Of a stretch of DNA of 64,000 bases, positions 24,592 through 33,924 are shown one piece after another. Both the position numbers and the translations under genes were made by a program. This DNA is from an uncultured candidatus Porisulfidus sp. (GTDB lineage Bacteria > Pseudomonadota > Gammaproteobacteria > Poriferisulfidales > Poriferisulfidaceae), in assembly GCA_965116025.1 (NCBI GenBank), contig OZ220480.1, positions 1,920,001 to 1,984,000 of the forward strand. Reading direction: 5' to 3'. A model generated the notes under the pieces. That model saw only the letters and a program-made list of their open reading frames with translations, made no database searches and was not told the origin of the DNA. How positions within the stretch are numbered: the stretch's first letter is position 1; every line of letters begins with the position of its first letter.

Positions 24592-25524
24592 ATGTCGAGG
24601 AGAATCGCGAAGACCCTCGGGCTGTTCGACCTGATGAAGATGTATCCGACTGAGACGGACGCCGTTCGATACCTGGAATCCCTCCGATGGGGCGAGAAGC
24701 CGCGTTGCGTCCATTGCGGCGCGACCGACAAGATCACCGCCCAGAAGAAAGCGGGCGATTACTGGTGCGGCTGGTGTCGCCACTACTTCACGGTGCGATC
24801 CGACACCCCGCTGGAGCGATGCAAGATCGACCTGCGCAAGTTCATCTACGCGGCCTATCTGCTGATGACCTCCCGCAAGGGGATCAGTAGCCTGCAGCTG
24901 AGCAAGGAGCTGTCCGTGCAGCAGCGCACCGCCTGGTATATCCTGCATCGTCTGCGCGTGGCCTGCGGCGGCAAGCTGGAGCCCCTGCGCGGGACCGTGG
25001 AGGTGGACGAGGTCTATCTCGGAGGGCGGGAAGCCAACAAGCACGAGAGCCGGAAGGCGCATGGCGGGCATTTCGCCGAGAAGCAGATCGTGCTGGGGAT
25101 GCGCGAGCGAGGCGGGCGCGCGGTCGCCTTGCCGATCGAGCGCGCCGACAAGCCCACCCTGCAAGGGGCCGTCCACCGGCATGTCCAGCCGGGAACCACG
25201 ATCTGCACGGACGAGAACCCCTCCTACCATGGCGTCGCTCGCCGGCATCGCGCAGTGAACCACAGCGCGAAGGAATACGTCAATGGCATGGCGCATACGA
25301 ACGGGATCGAATCGGTCTGGGCGGTGCTCAAGCGCGGCTTCGACGGCGTCTACCACAACTGGTCGAGAAAGCATTGCCGCCAATACGTCAACGAGTTCAT
25401 GTTCCGTCTCAACGAGGGGAACTGCGAGCGCGACACCCAGGACCGCCTGGACGATCTGTTCCGGGCCATGATGGGCAAGACGATCACGTACGAGGATCTC
25501 ACCGCGTCCGGGGAAGGCTGGTAG
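24592..25524 (+). CDS. IS1595-family (ISXO2-like) DDE transposase
   Basis: CVHC/CGWC zinc ribbon, GISSLQLSKEL, VEVDEVYLGG, TDE, HTNGIESVW; RBS GGAG upstream. Confidence 0.95.
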   Translation: MSRRIAKTLGLFDLMKMYPTETDAVRYLESLRWGEKPRCVHCGATDKITAQKKAGDYWCGWCRHYFTVRSDTPLERCKIDLRKFIYAAYLLMTSRKGISSLQLSKELSVQQRTAWYILHRLRVACGGKLEPLRGTVEVDEVYLGGREANKHESRKAHGGHFAEKQIVLGMRERGGRAVALPIERADKPTLQGAVHRHVQPGTTICTDENPSYHGVARRHRAVNHSAKEYVNGMAHTNGIESVWAVLKRGFDGVYHNWSRKHCRQYVNEFMFRLNEGNCERDTQDRLDDLFRAMMGKTITYEDLTASGEGW

Positions 25525-25533
25525 CGGGAGCCG

Positions 25534-25689
25534 ATGAACCTTCGAGCGTTGGCCCGGGCCATCCGCGCGCTGATCCGAATGCGCTCGGTGCCCTACGTCC
25601 GCCCGCCGGAGCCGACCAGGAAAGACTTGGAGAGAAAGTTCCTGATGCGCGTCGATAGGAAGGGAAAGCCGACCATCAAGGAAGTCTGA
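25534..25689 (+). CDS. 51-aa basic passenger ORF inside the IS
   Basis: GGGAG RBS then MNLRALARAIRALIRMRSVPYVRPPEPTRKDLERKFLMRVDRKGKPTIKEV*, filling the gap between the transposase stop and the right IR. Confidence 0.55.
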   Translation: MNLRALARAIRALIRMRSVPYVRPPEPTRKDLERKFLMRVDRKGKPTIKEV

Positions 25690-25810
25690 AGCCCGGCTTT
25701 GTCAAGTTACCTACATAATTCCCGAAGAGCACATTAGTTTGGAAATCAGGGTATTATGAGGCGAGCAATTTCATAATCACGTGAGGCTTTAAAGTCCCAC
25801 AGGTGGACAC

Positions 25811-28800
25811 ATGAGCGAGCAAACCCCGATACGTCCTGGACAGATTTTGGTCGGCATCCTGTTTAACCAGCCGATGCGAGTCGAGACCGTGCATGCGAAT
25901 GGAGCTAACTCTTGGAGTGTGGGTCTGGTCGGTACGCATACGGGACAATTTCGTCGCGTTGTCCTTACCGATGATGCCATCAAGAAGATATCCATCATTG
26001 ATGGATCCAACCACTCATACGATGGCGATGGCCACGTTCTTCGGCTCGGCTTGAAAGCTTGCGCGCTCGGGATCGCCCATGAATTTGATCCTTATTTCGG
26101 CCTTTCGATATCCCGAGTGGATCCACTCCCGCATCAACTCGAAGCAGTCTACGAACACATGCTCAAACTGTCTACAGTTCGGTTTCTGCTTGCCGACGAT
26201 GCTGGTGCAGGCAAGACGATTATGGCGGGTCTACTGGTGCGCGAGCTCAGATTACGTGGACTCGCGGAACGCATTCTAATCGTCTGCCCCGCAAACCTAA
26301 CGTTCCAATGGCAACGTGAACTGAGCGAGAAATTCGACGAGAAGTTCCTCGTGCTCAAAGGTGGAGACATCCGTGATCAATTTGGTGTCAACCAGTGGTT
26401 GGAGCAACAGCGTATCATCACTTCGCTCGACCTCGCAAAACGTACCGATATCCTTCCCGGACTACAGCAAGTGCATTGGGATCTCGTCATCGTTGATGAA
26501 GCGCATCGCATGTCTTGGTCGCCACCAGCCAGAAAGACGGCGCGCTATTCGCTCGGCGAGTTGCTACGCGACAGCACCGACCACATCCTTCTACTAACCG
26601 CCACGCCACACAAAGGCGACCCGGAGAATTTTGCGCGGTTCTTGCAGCTCATCGACCGTGACGCTTATGCTGATGTCAAGTCGATTCATGAGGCCATAAA
26701 CCATCGTCGGGCGCCATTCTACCTACGGCGCACCAAAGAGGCGATGTTCTACTTTCCAGAGCGCCAAACCGACGGCGAATGGAAGGCGCGCCCAGTGTTC
26801 ACGAAGCGCATCCCCCGCACAGTCGGATTCATGATTGATGAGGATGAATGGGAACTGTATTTAGAGATCACCCGATTCGTGAAGCGGCAGAGTGCAAATG
26901 CTGCCGCCCAAAGAGACGATCCTCGCGCACGAGCTGTCGGTTTCCTGATGGTGCTCTACCAAAGACGCCTTGCCTCCAGTGTTTTCGCGATGCGGCACTC
27001 GCTTGAGAACCGGGCCAAACGCCTTGAAAAAAGATTGCAGCGCGCTCAGTTTGTGGCAAAGAACGCACCACCAAGCCTTCCCGATCCTGAGGAGATCGAT
27101 GAGATGGAAGATGATGAGCGGGAACGCTTTGAAGAACTGCTTGATGCGGTCACTTTAGCCGATAACGCCGAGCAAGTGCGCGACGAAATTTTGGAACTGA
27201 GACAGTTTGCGGACAGAGCCAAGGCGATCGAAAACTCTGGCAAGGAGGCGAAGCTCACCAAGCTCAAAGACATACTACAGAGTGAAGGCTTCTTCGACCT
27301 TCCCGGTCAACGCTTGCTCCTGTTCACCGAATTTAAGGATACGCTCAACTGCCTTGTAGACCATCTCAAAACTTGGGGATTTACGGTCGGCTATATTCAC
27401 GGCGGCATGAAGCCTGGTTCGCGTGACGAGCCGGGCACTCGGCTTCACGCGGAACAGCAGTTCCGGGAAGGAAAAACCCAAGTATTGGTCGCCACAGAGG
27501 CGGCAGGCGAAGGTATTAATCTGCAGTGTTGCCATATTCTCTTCAACTACGATATCCCATGGAATCCAAACCGGCTTGAACAGCGCATGGGCCGGATCCA
27601 CCGGTACGGGCAAAATCATGACTGCCTAATCTTCAACTTCGTCGCGACCAATACTATCGAAGGGCGTGTCCTCAAACGTCTGATGGACAAGCTTCAGGAA
27701 ATCAGGGACGCGCTGGATGACGACGTGGTATTCAACGTGATTGGTGAAATCCTGCCCGCCACGCAAATCGAACGTGTATTGCGAGACTACTATGCGGGCA
27801 GGCTGGATGAGGCCAATTTGGAAAACCACATGCTGGAGGGCGTAGACGAAGATCGTTTCCGGGCCATTTGCCAGACCGCGCTCGAAGGCCTCGCATCAAA
27901 GAAGCTTAACCTCGAGATGCTCATCGAGCGACGCGCCAAAGCAAGAGAGCAACGCGTCGTACCGGAGAGCATCGCCCGGTTCATGGTAGATTGCGCCAAG
28001 GATGCGTCGCTGGCCCTCAAATCTGTGCCGAAGCTTGCCCATACGTTCGACCCTGGGCGAACACCGCCCGTCCTGAAGAAACACGAACGAGGCGCGGACT
28101 GGAAGCTCCCACAAATCGCGGCGCGCTATCCCCGTTTGTCGACGGACCGTGAAACGGCAGATCAAAACCATCTGGAATGGATCACACCCGGTCACCCTCT
28201 GTTCGAAGCGTTACGCCTCCACGCTCTTGAAACTGCAAAAAACGTCTTTACTCAAGGGGCATGCTTCCACTCTCTGGCCCATGAGGCACCGACGCGACTC
28301 GACGTATACCGGGCGAAAGTCGTAGACGGATTGGGGCATACTGTTCATGAGCGGCTTTTCGCCGTTGAGTTGCGCGAAGACGGCGAACCGCAACGACGAG
28401 AACCCGGACTGCTTAGCGATCTCACCCCCGCTGCTCCACCAGATAATATCCCATCCGTAGCACATCTTCCAGAGGCCACCGATTGGCTTATGGAAACCAT
28501 GTTGGAACCATTCCTTGAAAAGGTTCAGTCGGAACGTTCGGCTGAGATCGAACGTATCACCAAGCATGTGGAACTGTCGCTTACCGAGGTACTGCAGCGG
28601 ATCGACGTAGAGATTGGCCACGCCGCCGAAGAGGCGAAAAAAGGAAGTGCCGGAGCCAAGGGTCGTCTCACCCAAGCAGAAGCACGTCACGGCGAAGTAC
28701 TGGAGCGGCGCAACCGCCGCAACGAGGAGCTTGAACGGGAGCAAAACGTAACGCTGCAGGAAGTCGAAAGACTAACAAGTTTGCTGATCCTACCTCACCC

Positions 28801-29215
28801 CGAGCGCAGCGCTCCCGAAGTCAAGCGATTGCGGCCAAACCCCGAAACTGAGATGAAGGCGATGCGCGTCGTCATGGACCATGAAAACGCGCGAGGATGC
28901 CAAGTCTACGATGTGCACGAGAAAAATCTTGGTTACGACGTGACGAGCCTCGACCTGCAGTCTGGCGAGCTACGCCTGATCGAGGTGAAAGGGCTTGCCG
29001 CAACAACCGGCAATATCCTGCTTACTCCGAACGAGTTTCGAGTGGCCGAGGACCGCCGAGATTGCTACTGGCTCTATATCGTGACCGGTTGCGCGAGTGC
29101 CCTGAAGCTCAAACTTATCAAGAACCCTGCCCGTCTTCAATGGCGCGACATAACTAAGGTGCAACACTACTGGCTTGCAGTCGACACGTTGCATGCTACT
29201 GGAAGTGACCAGTGA
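25811..29215 (+). CDS. SNF2-family helicase with C-terminal DUF3883 (PD-(D/E)xK-like) nuclease
   Basis: LLADDAGAGKT, DEAH, LLTATPH, QRMGRIHRYGQ; GYDVTS...RLIEVKG. Confidence 0.93.
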   Translation: MSEQTPIRPGQILVGILFNQPMRVETVHANGANSWSVGLVGTHTGQFRRVVLTDDAIKKISIIDGSNHSYDGDGHVLRLGLKACALGIAHEFDPYFGLSISRVDPLPHQLEAVYEHMLKLSTVRFLLADDAGAGKTIMAGLLVRELRLRGLAERILIVCPANLTFQWQRELSEKFDEKFLVLKGGDIRDQFGVNQWLEQQRIITSLDLAKRTDILPGLQQVHWDLVIVDEAHRMSWSPPARKTARYSLGELLRDSTDHILLLTATPHKGDPENFARFLQLIDRDAYADVKSIHEAINHRRAPFYLRRTKEAMFYFPERQTDGEWKARPVFTKRIPRTVGFMIDEDEWELYLEITRFVKRQSANAAAQRDDPRARAVGFLMVLYQRRLASSVFAMRHSLENRAKRLEKRLQRAQFVAKNAPPSLPDPEEIDEMEDDERERFEELLDAVTLADNAEQVRDEILELRQFADRAKAIENSGKEAKLTKLKDILQSEGFFDLPGQRLLLFTEFKDTLNCLVDHLKTWGFTVGYIHGGMKPGSRDEPGTRLHAEQQFREGKTQVLVATEAAGEGINLQCCHILFNYDIPWNPNRLEQRMGRIHRYGQNHDCLIFNFVATNTIEGRVLKRLMDKLQEIRDALDDDVVFNVIGEILPATQIERVLRDYYAGRLDEANLENHMLEGVDEDRFRAICQTALEGLASKKLNLEMLIERRAKAREQRVVPESIARFMVDCAKDASLALKSVPKLAHTFDPGRTPPVLKKHERGADWKLPQIAARYPRLSTDRETADQNHLEWITPGHPLFEALRLHALETAKNVFTQGACFHSLAHEAPTRLDVYRAKVVDGLGHTVHERLFAVELREDGEPQRREPGLLSDLTPAAPPDNIPSVAHLPEATDWLMETMLEPFLEKVQSERSAEIERITKHVELSLTEVLQRIDVEIGHAAEEAKKGSAGAKGRLTQAEARHGEVLERRNRRNEELEREQNVTLQEVERLTSLLILPHPERSAPEVKRLRPNPETEMKAMRVVMDHENARGCQVYDVHEKNLGYDVTSLDLQSGELRLIEVKGLAATTGNILLTPNEFRVAEDRRDCYWLYIVTGCASALKLKLIKNPARLQWRDITKVQHYWLAVDTLHATGSDQ

Positions 29216-29598
29216 CTCAAAAGATTAAACATCTGGAACTCATTCAATGCGTGATCAATCGTCTTGCCGCCAACTCGTTCCGCATCAAAGGATGGGCCGT
29301 CATCCTTGTTTCGGCACTTCTCGTTCTGCTCGTCCGGGAAGGCCGGACCGATCTCGCCTGGATCGGTCTCGTCCCGGTATTCGTCTTCTGGGGGCTCGAC
29401 GGCTACTTCTTGTGGCAGGAGAGATCATTCCGTAGCCTTTATGACCATGTCCGTGTGTTACAAGACGACCATGTAGATTTCTCTATGGACACATCGGCGT
29501 TTCGCCAATTCTGGCTCAATACGGTATTTTCAGTCACCCTATGGCCCTTTTACGTTGCATTGGCCATTTCGATCTCAGCCGCTCTCTTGCTCAAATAA
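29212..29598 (+). CDS. Small ~3-TM membrane protein, putative TIR-linked effector
   Basis: KIKHLELIQCVINRLAANSFRIKGW...FWGLDGYFLWQERSFRSLYDHVR; three hydrophobic segments; GTGA overlap with the helicase stop. Confidence 0.8.
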   Translation: MTQKIKHLELIQCVINRLAANSFRIKGWAVILVSALLVLLVREGRTDLAWIGLVPVFVFWGLDGYFLWQERSFRSLYDHVRVLQDDHVDFSMDTSAFRQFWLNTVFSVTLWPFYVALAISISAALLLK

Positions 29599-29621
29599 TC
29601 AATTACATGGAGACACCTAAG

Positions 29622-30119
29622 ATGAAGCGAAAAGTGTTTTACAGTTTTCACTACGAAAAAGATAGTTGGCGTGCAGCTATGGTGCGTAACATCGGAGCTA
29701 TAGACGGAAATGCGCCAGCCACCGACAACGATTGGGAATCAGTAAAGAAAGGAGGAGATTGGGCGATCAAGAGATGGATCGCAAAACAGATGGAAGGCCG
29801 AACATGCTGCGTCGTCCTAGTGGGGACACATACCGCCAATCGCAAGTGGATCAATCACGAAATCATCAAATCGTGGAACAAAGGCATGGGGCTGGTTGGA
29901 ATACATATTCACGGTTTGAAGGACTGTGACGGGTGCGCATCATCAAGAGGGAGTAATCCATTTGACTTTATCACTTACAGAGATCAGTGCCGAACTTTGT
30001 CGTCCACCGCGAAGTGCTACGACCCACCAGGCAGGAATAGCCGCGAACGCTATGACTGGATCGCTATGCACATATCAAACGCAGTTGAGGAGGCCATTCG
30101 GATTCGTAATGCATGGTAA
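29622..30119 (+). CDS. ThsB-like TIR domain protein (MTH538/DUF1863)
   Basis: MKRKVFYSFHYEKDSWRA...VVLVGTHTANRKWINHEIIKSW; GGAG upstream. Confidence 0.92.
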   Translation: MKRKVFYSFHYEKDSWRAAMVRNIGAIDGNAPATDNDWESVKKGGDWAIKRWIAKQMEGRTCCVVLVGTHTANRKWINHEIIKSWNKGMGLVGIHIHGLKDCDGCASSRGSNPFDFITYRDQCRTLSSTAKCYDPPGRNSRERYDWIAMHISNAVEEAIRIRNAW

Positions 30120-30152
30120 TCTCGCCGTCCTGTCATCTGGCGAAATGTGCAG

Positions 30153-33100
30153 ATGATTCCCCAGCAGTGCAAGCGCCTAGCGGAGGTGGACTTCCCGATC
30201 GCTGCAGTATCGCGCCATGCGGCACGCGAAAAATCTATTCGCCACGGCCACCCATCGACGTTACATCTCTGGTGGGCACGACGACCACTCGCCTCGTCAC
30301 GGGCAGTACTACTGGGGCTTTTACTACCCGACCCCTGCGACCCTCATTGTCCAGAGGCATTCAAGAAAGAAGCACGTAAAATATTACCAACGGTTGGATG
30401 TCGGCGTGTGAAATCTGACCAAGCCATACGCTATAGCCTTCTGAAATTCATCGCCGACTTCGCTAACTGGGATAACAGCGCAGAACAGATTTATCTTGAT
30501 GCGGGCCGGTCTCTTGTAAGAGCCGCTCATGGGCAGGCTCCACCATTGGTAGTTGATCCGTTTGCGGGAGGTGGATCAATCCCCCTAGAAGCATTGCGGC
30601 TTGGTTGCGATGCGTTCGCAAGTGACCTCAATCCGGTAGCCTGTCTAATTCTCAAGGTTATGTTGGAGGATATCCCGCGTCATGGTCCGGATCTAGCCAA
30701 TGATCTGTGTGCGATAGGTGCTGAAATCAAACAGCAAGCCAAACAGGAGTTGTCAGATCTCTACCCCAATGATACGGACGGTGCAACCCCGATAGCATAT
30801 CTCTGGGCGCGCACGGTAAGTTGCGAAGCACCGGATTGCGGTGCTGAGATTCCGCTGATGCGTTCGTTCTGGCTGTGCAGGAAGACAAAACGTAAGCGAG
30901 CACTACGATTTTCCATCAAACGAAATAAAGGTACTCCACCCCAAGTGACGTTTGATGTGTTCGAACCCAAGACCGATGGCGACGTACATGCAGGCACCGT
31001 GACTCGCGCCAAAGCAACATGCTTGTGTTGCGGCACAGTCCTACCACCTGAACGGGTACGCACGCAGCTCGCTACCGAGCGCGGTGGTGCAGATGTGATT
31101 TTCGATGAGGAAGGCAAACGTATCGGTGGAGCACGAATGACAGCAGTAGTGACGCTTCGACCACACGAAGCGGGCCGCCATTACCGCTTACCGACAGATG
31201 CGGACTATGCAGCAGTGCGTAAGGCGCAAGCACGAGTCGCAAAAATACTGGGAAAGTGGGAGCGTGGTGGTAGGCAGGGGCTATGCCCAGTGCCAAATGA
31301 ACCTTTACCACCAATCGGGACACTAGGATTTCGAGTTCAGCGCTACGGCATGCTCAAGTGGGGCGATCTGTTTACCGCACGGCAGAAGATTGCACTGGTG
31401 GAACTGACAAATCTAATTCGACAGGCTGGTAGCAAATCCGAAATTGGACTTATCTCTGCCGCAATCAGCCGATGTGCAACCCACTGGTCGTCTGGAACAA
31501 TGTGGATACAGGACCTCGAAGCTGTAGCAAATATATTTGGCCGACAAGCATTACCTATCGTTTGGGATTTTGCAGAAGCATGCGGTTTCGGCGACGGTGG
31601 AGCGACTTTAGATGGACAAGTTAGCTGGATTGCCAAAGTGGCGGGGCAACTTCCCATTCGAAAAGCAGCAAACATACAAGCTTCAGATGCCGCTGACTAC
31701 CCACTCCCGGATCAAAGCGCAACTATCTGGTTTACGGATCCACCTTATTACGATGCCGTTCCGTATGCCGACTTATCCGATTTTTTTATGGTTTGGCTAA
31801 AGCGCGGTCTGCCCAATCACCCTCTCTTGCGTGACCCCTACGATCCAAACAACCCTCTTACGCCCAAGGACCGTGAAGCAGTACAGGACGAAACAAAGAA
31901 AAATGATGGTCGCTCCAAAGATCGTTCATGGTTCGAGGAAACTATGGCGAAAGCGTTCACCGAGGGAAGGCGCGTTCTTACCAAGGATGGTGTTGGTTCT
32001 GTCGTATTCGCCCACAAGACCACCGAAGGATGGGAAGCACTGCTCTCGGGCATGATCCAAGGCGGCTGGACCATCACAGGTTCTTGGCCAATTGCGACCG
32101 AACGAGCTGCCCGAATGCGTGCCCATGACTCGGCTGCCCTCGCTACCAGTATCCACCTCATTTGCCGCCCGCGCTCGAGTGATGCTCTAGTCGGTGAATG
32201 GGCTGAAGTGCTTCGCGAACTTCCCTTACGGGTTTCCAAATGGATGGATCGACTTCAAGGGGAAGGTGTTCGTGGAGCAGACCTTGTCTTCGCATGTATC
32301 GGGCCTGCAATTGAGATTTTCAGTCGCTACCAGACTGTCGAGACCGCGGACGGTCGGAGTGTCGGCCTCCCAGAATATTTAGAGAAAGTCTGGGAAGTCG
32401 TAGGGCGTGCAGCACTTGAACAAGTGCTTGGCGTGACTGAAGCTACCGCCCGCAGCGGCATGGCTGGCGCGCTGGAGGAAGATGCTCGCTTGACCGCCTT
32501 GTTTCTATGGACTCTCCAGAGTACTGAAGAATTTCGAATGGGGAATGATCGAGAGGGTTCCGTTGCCAGCCATCCAGCGGTAACCGAAAATGCTACGCCT
32601 AAGGAGTTAGATGGAAAAGATGAAGAAGCCGTCACCAAAGCAACAATGAAAGGGTTTCACCTTCCCTTTGACGTAGTACGGCGTTTCTCTCAACCCATGG
32701 GCATTGATCTCGAACGTTGGACCGGAAGGATTATTAGCCAAGAAAAAGGCATTGTGTGGTTGCTTCCGATCACGGAACGGGTGAAATCACTCTTCGGAGA
32801 CGAAGGTTCCGCAAGTGTTGCCGAATGGGTCGATAACCACCCGGCCGACGATACGCAAGCGGTCCTCTTTCCCGACCTTGATATACCTGCCTCGCCGGGA
32901 CATCAACCAAGCAGAAATGCACAAGATACCGACCCTATTCTGCAATCATCTGATGCCACAATACTTGACCGAATCCACGCTGCCATGTTGTTGCAAGTAG
33001 GCGGTTATGCAAATGCCTTGCGGACGTTGATCTTCCAAGAACAGGAACGAGGACCAGATTTCTTGCATCTCGCAAACGCGCTTTCCGCGCTCTACCCACG

Positions 33101-33155
33101 CGGTAGCCGCGAGAAAAGAATCTTGGATGCCATGCTTCTAGCCGTACCAAAGTGA
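30153..33155 (+). CDS. DUF1156 amino-DNA methyltransferase with Zn ribbon
   Basis: STLHLWWARRPLA, DPFAGGGSIPLEA, CEAPDC/CLCC, TDPPYYD. Confidence 0.93.
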   Translation: MIPQQCKRLAEVDFPIAAVSRHAAREKSIRHGHPSTLHLWWARRPLASSRAVLLGLLLPDPCDPHCPEAFKKEARKILPTVGCRRVKSDQAIRYSLLKFIADFANWDNSAEQIYLDAGRSLVRAAHGQAPPLVVDPFAGGGSIPLEALRLGCDAFASDLNPVACLILKVMLEDIPRHGPDLANDLCAIGAEIKQQAKQELSDLYPNDTDGATPIAYLWARTVSCEAPDCGAEIPLMRSFWLCRKTKRKRALRFSIKRNKGTPPQVTFDVFEPKTDGDVHAGTVTRAKATCLCCGTVLPPERVRTQLATERGGADVIFDEEGKRIGGARMTAVVTLRPHEAGRHYRLPTDADYAAVRKAQARVAKILGKWERGGRQGLCPVPNEPLPPIGTLGFRVQRYGMLKWGDLFTARQKIALVELTNLIRQAGSKSEIGLISAAISRCATHWSSGTMWIQDLEAVANIFGRQALPIVWDFAEACGFGDGGATLDGQVSWIAKVAGQLPIRKAANIQASDAADYPLPDQSATIWFTDPPYYDAVPYADLSDFFMVWLKRGLPNHPLLRDPYDPNNPLTPKDREAVQDETKKNDGRSKDRSWFEETMAKAFTEGRRVLTKDGVGSVVFAHKTTEGWEALLSGMIQGGWTITGSWPIATERAARMRAHDSAALATSIHLICRPRSSDALVGEWAEVLRELPLRVSKWMDRLQGEGVRGADLVFACIGPAIEIFSRYQTVETADGRSVGLPEYLEKVWEVVGRAALEQVLGVTEATARSGMAGALEEDARLTALFLWTLQSTEEFRMGNDREGSVASHPAVTENATPKELDGKDEEAVTKATMKGFHLPFDVVRRFSQPMGIDLERWTGRIISQEKGIVWLLPITERVKSLFGDEGSASVAEWVDNHPADDTQAVLFPDLDIPASPGHQPSRNAQDTDPILQSSDATILDRIHAAMLLQVGGYANALRTLIFQEQERGPDFLHLANALSALYPRGSREKRILDAMLLAVPK

Positions 33156-33292
33156 CATCATGGAATCGAAAGCACGTCCGAAGGACAGAAAATCCTTGAA
33201 TCTCTCTGGCTGGCAAGTCTTCCCTCGAACTAGCCATTTTCCGCTACAGGTTTTACAATCTCACTCACGTTTTGAAACGCAAGGAGAACAAC

Positions 33293-33550
33293 ATGACGGA
33301 AGAAACCGAACTGCTGAGGCGAATCACTGTCCGGCCCGATATCTTTGGCGGCAAGCCGATCATACGCAATATGCGAATCGCGGTGGAACATGTCTTGGCC
33401 AATCTAGCGGCAGGAGAAACGGTTGAGGACCTGCTAGAAAACTATCCATTCCTTGAGCAGGAAGATATCCAAGCATGCTTGCTCTTCGCTCACCGCTCAT
33501 TAGCTGGAGAACATGTACATGACCGCATCATCGATCAAAGAACTTCGTGA
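33293..33550 (+). CDS. DUF433 antitoxin (VapB45-like)
   Basis: ITVRPDIFGGKPIIRNMRIAV...DLLENYPFLEQEDIQACL; AAGGAG RBS. Confidence 0.92.
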   Translation: MTEETELLRRITVRPDIFGGKPIIRNMRIAVEHVLANLAAGETVEDLLENYPFLEQEDIQACLLFAHRSLAGEHVHDRIIDQRTS

Positions 33551-33924
33551 AATTTCTCCTCGATATTTGCGCCACATCGCAAGTACTACGTTCATGCTTG
33601 GTAGAACTTGGGCATGATGTCTTATCCGCACGAGACTGTTTTTCCCATGCATCAGACGAAGCGTTACTGGAATTCGCCTGCAGGGAAAGTCATGTGCTCA
33701 TTACCGAGGACAAGGATTTCGGTGAGCTTGTCTTTCTGCATGGCTTGCCTCATCCATCTATTGTGCGGCTTGTCGGGATGACTCCGACAGAAAGGGCGGA
33801 TGCTATGCGAAATCTGATTGAGTGCCATGCGGATGCCATACGCAAGAGCTCAATAATCGTGGTGACCAGAAAATGCGTGCGGATACGGTCGGCAAGAAAC
33901 CTTGGGAGCGTCAACAATGGCTAG
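33547..33924 (+). CDS. DUF5615 PIN-like toxin (VapC45-like)
   Basis: MKFLLD...GHDV...SDEALL...VLITEDKDFGEL; GTGA overlap with the antitoxin. Confidence 0.9.
   Translation: MKFLLDICATSQVLRSCLVELGHDVLSARDCFSHASDEALLEFACRESHVLITEDKDFGELVFLHGLPHPSIVRLVGMTPTERADAMRNLIECHADAIRKSSIIVVTRKCVRIRSARNLGSVNNG

Larger units (their letters stand above)
24478..25723 (+). mobile_element. IS1595-family insertion sequence, intact (1246 bp)
   Basis: Perfect 25-bp IRs GGGAATTATGTAGGTAACTTGACAA (24478-24502; 25699-25723); 8-bp TSD GAAGAGCA (24470-24477; 25724-25731). Confidence 0.96.
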
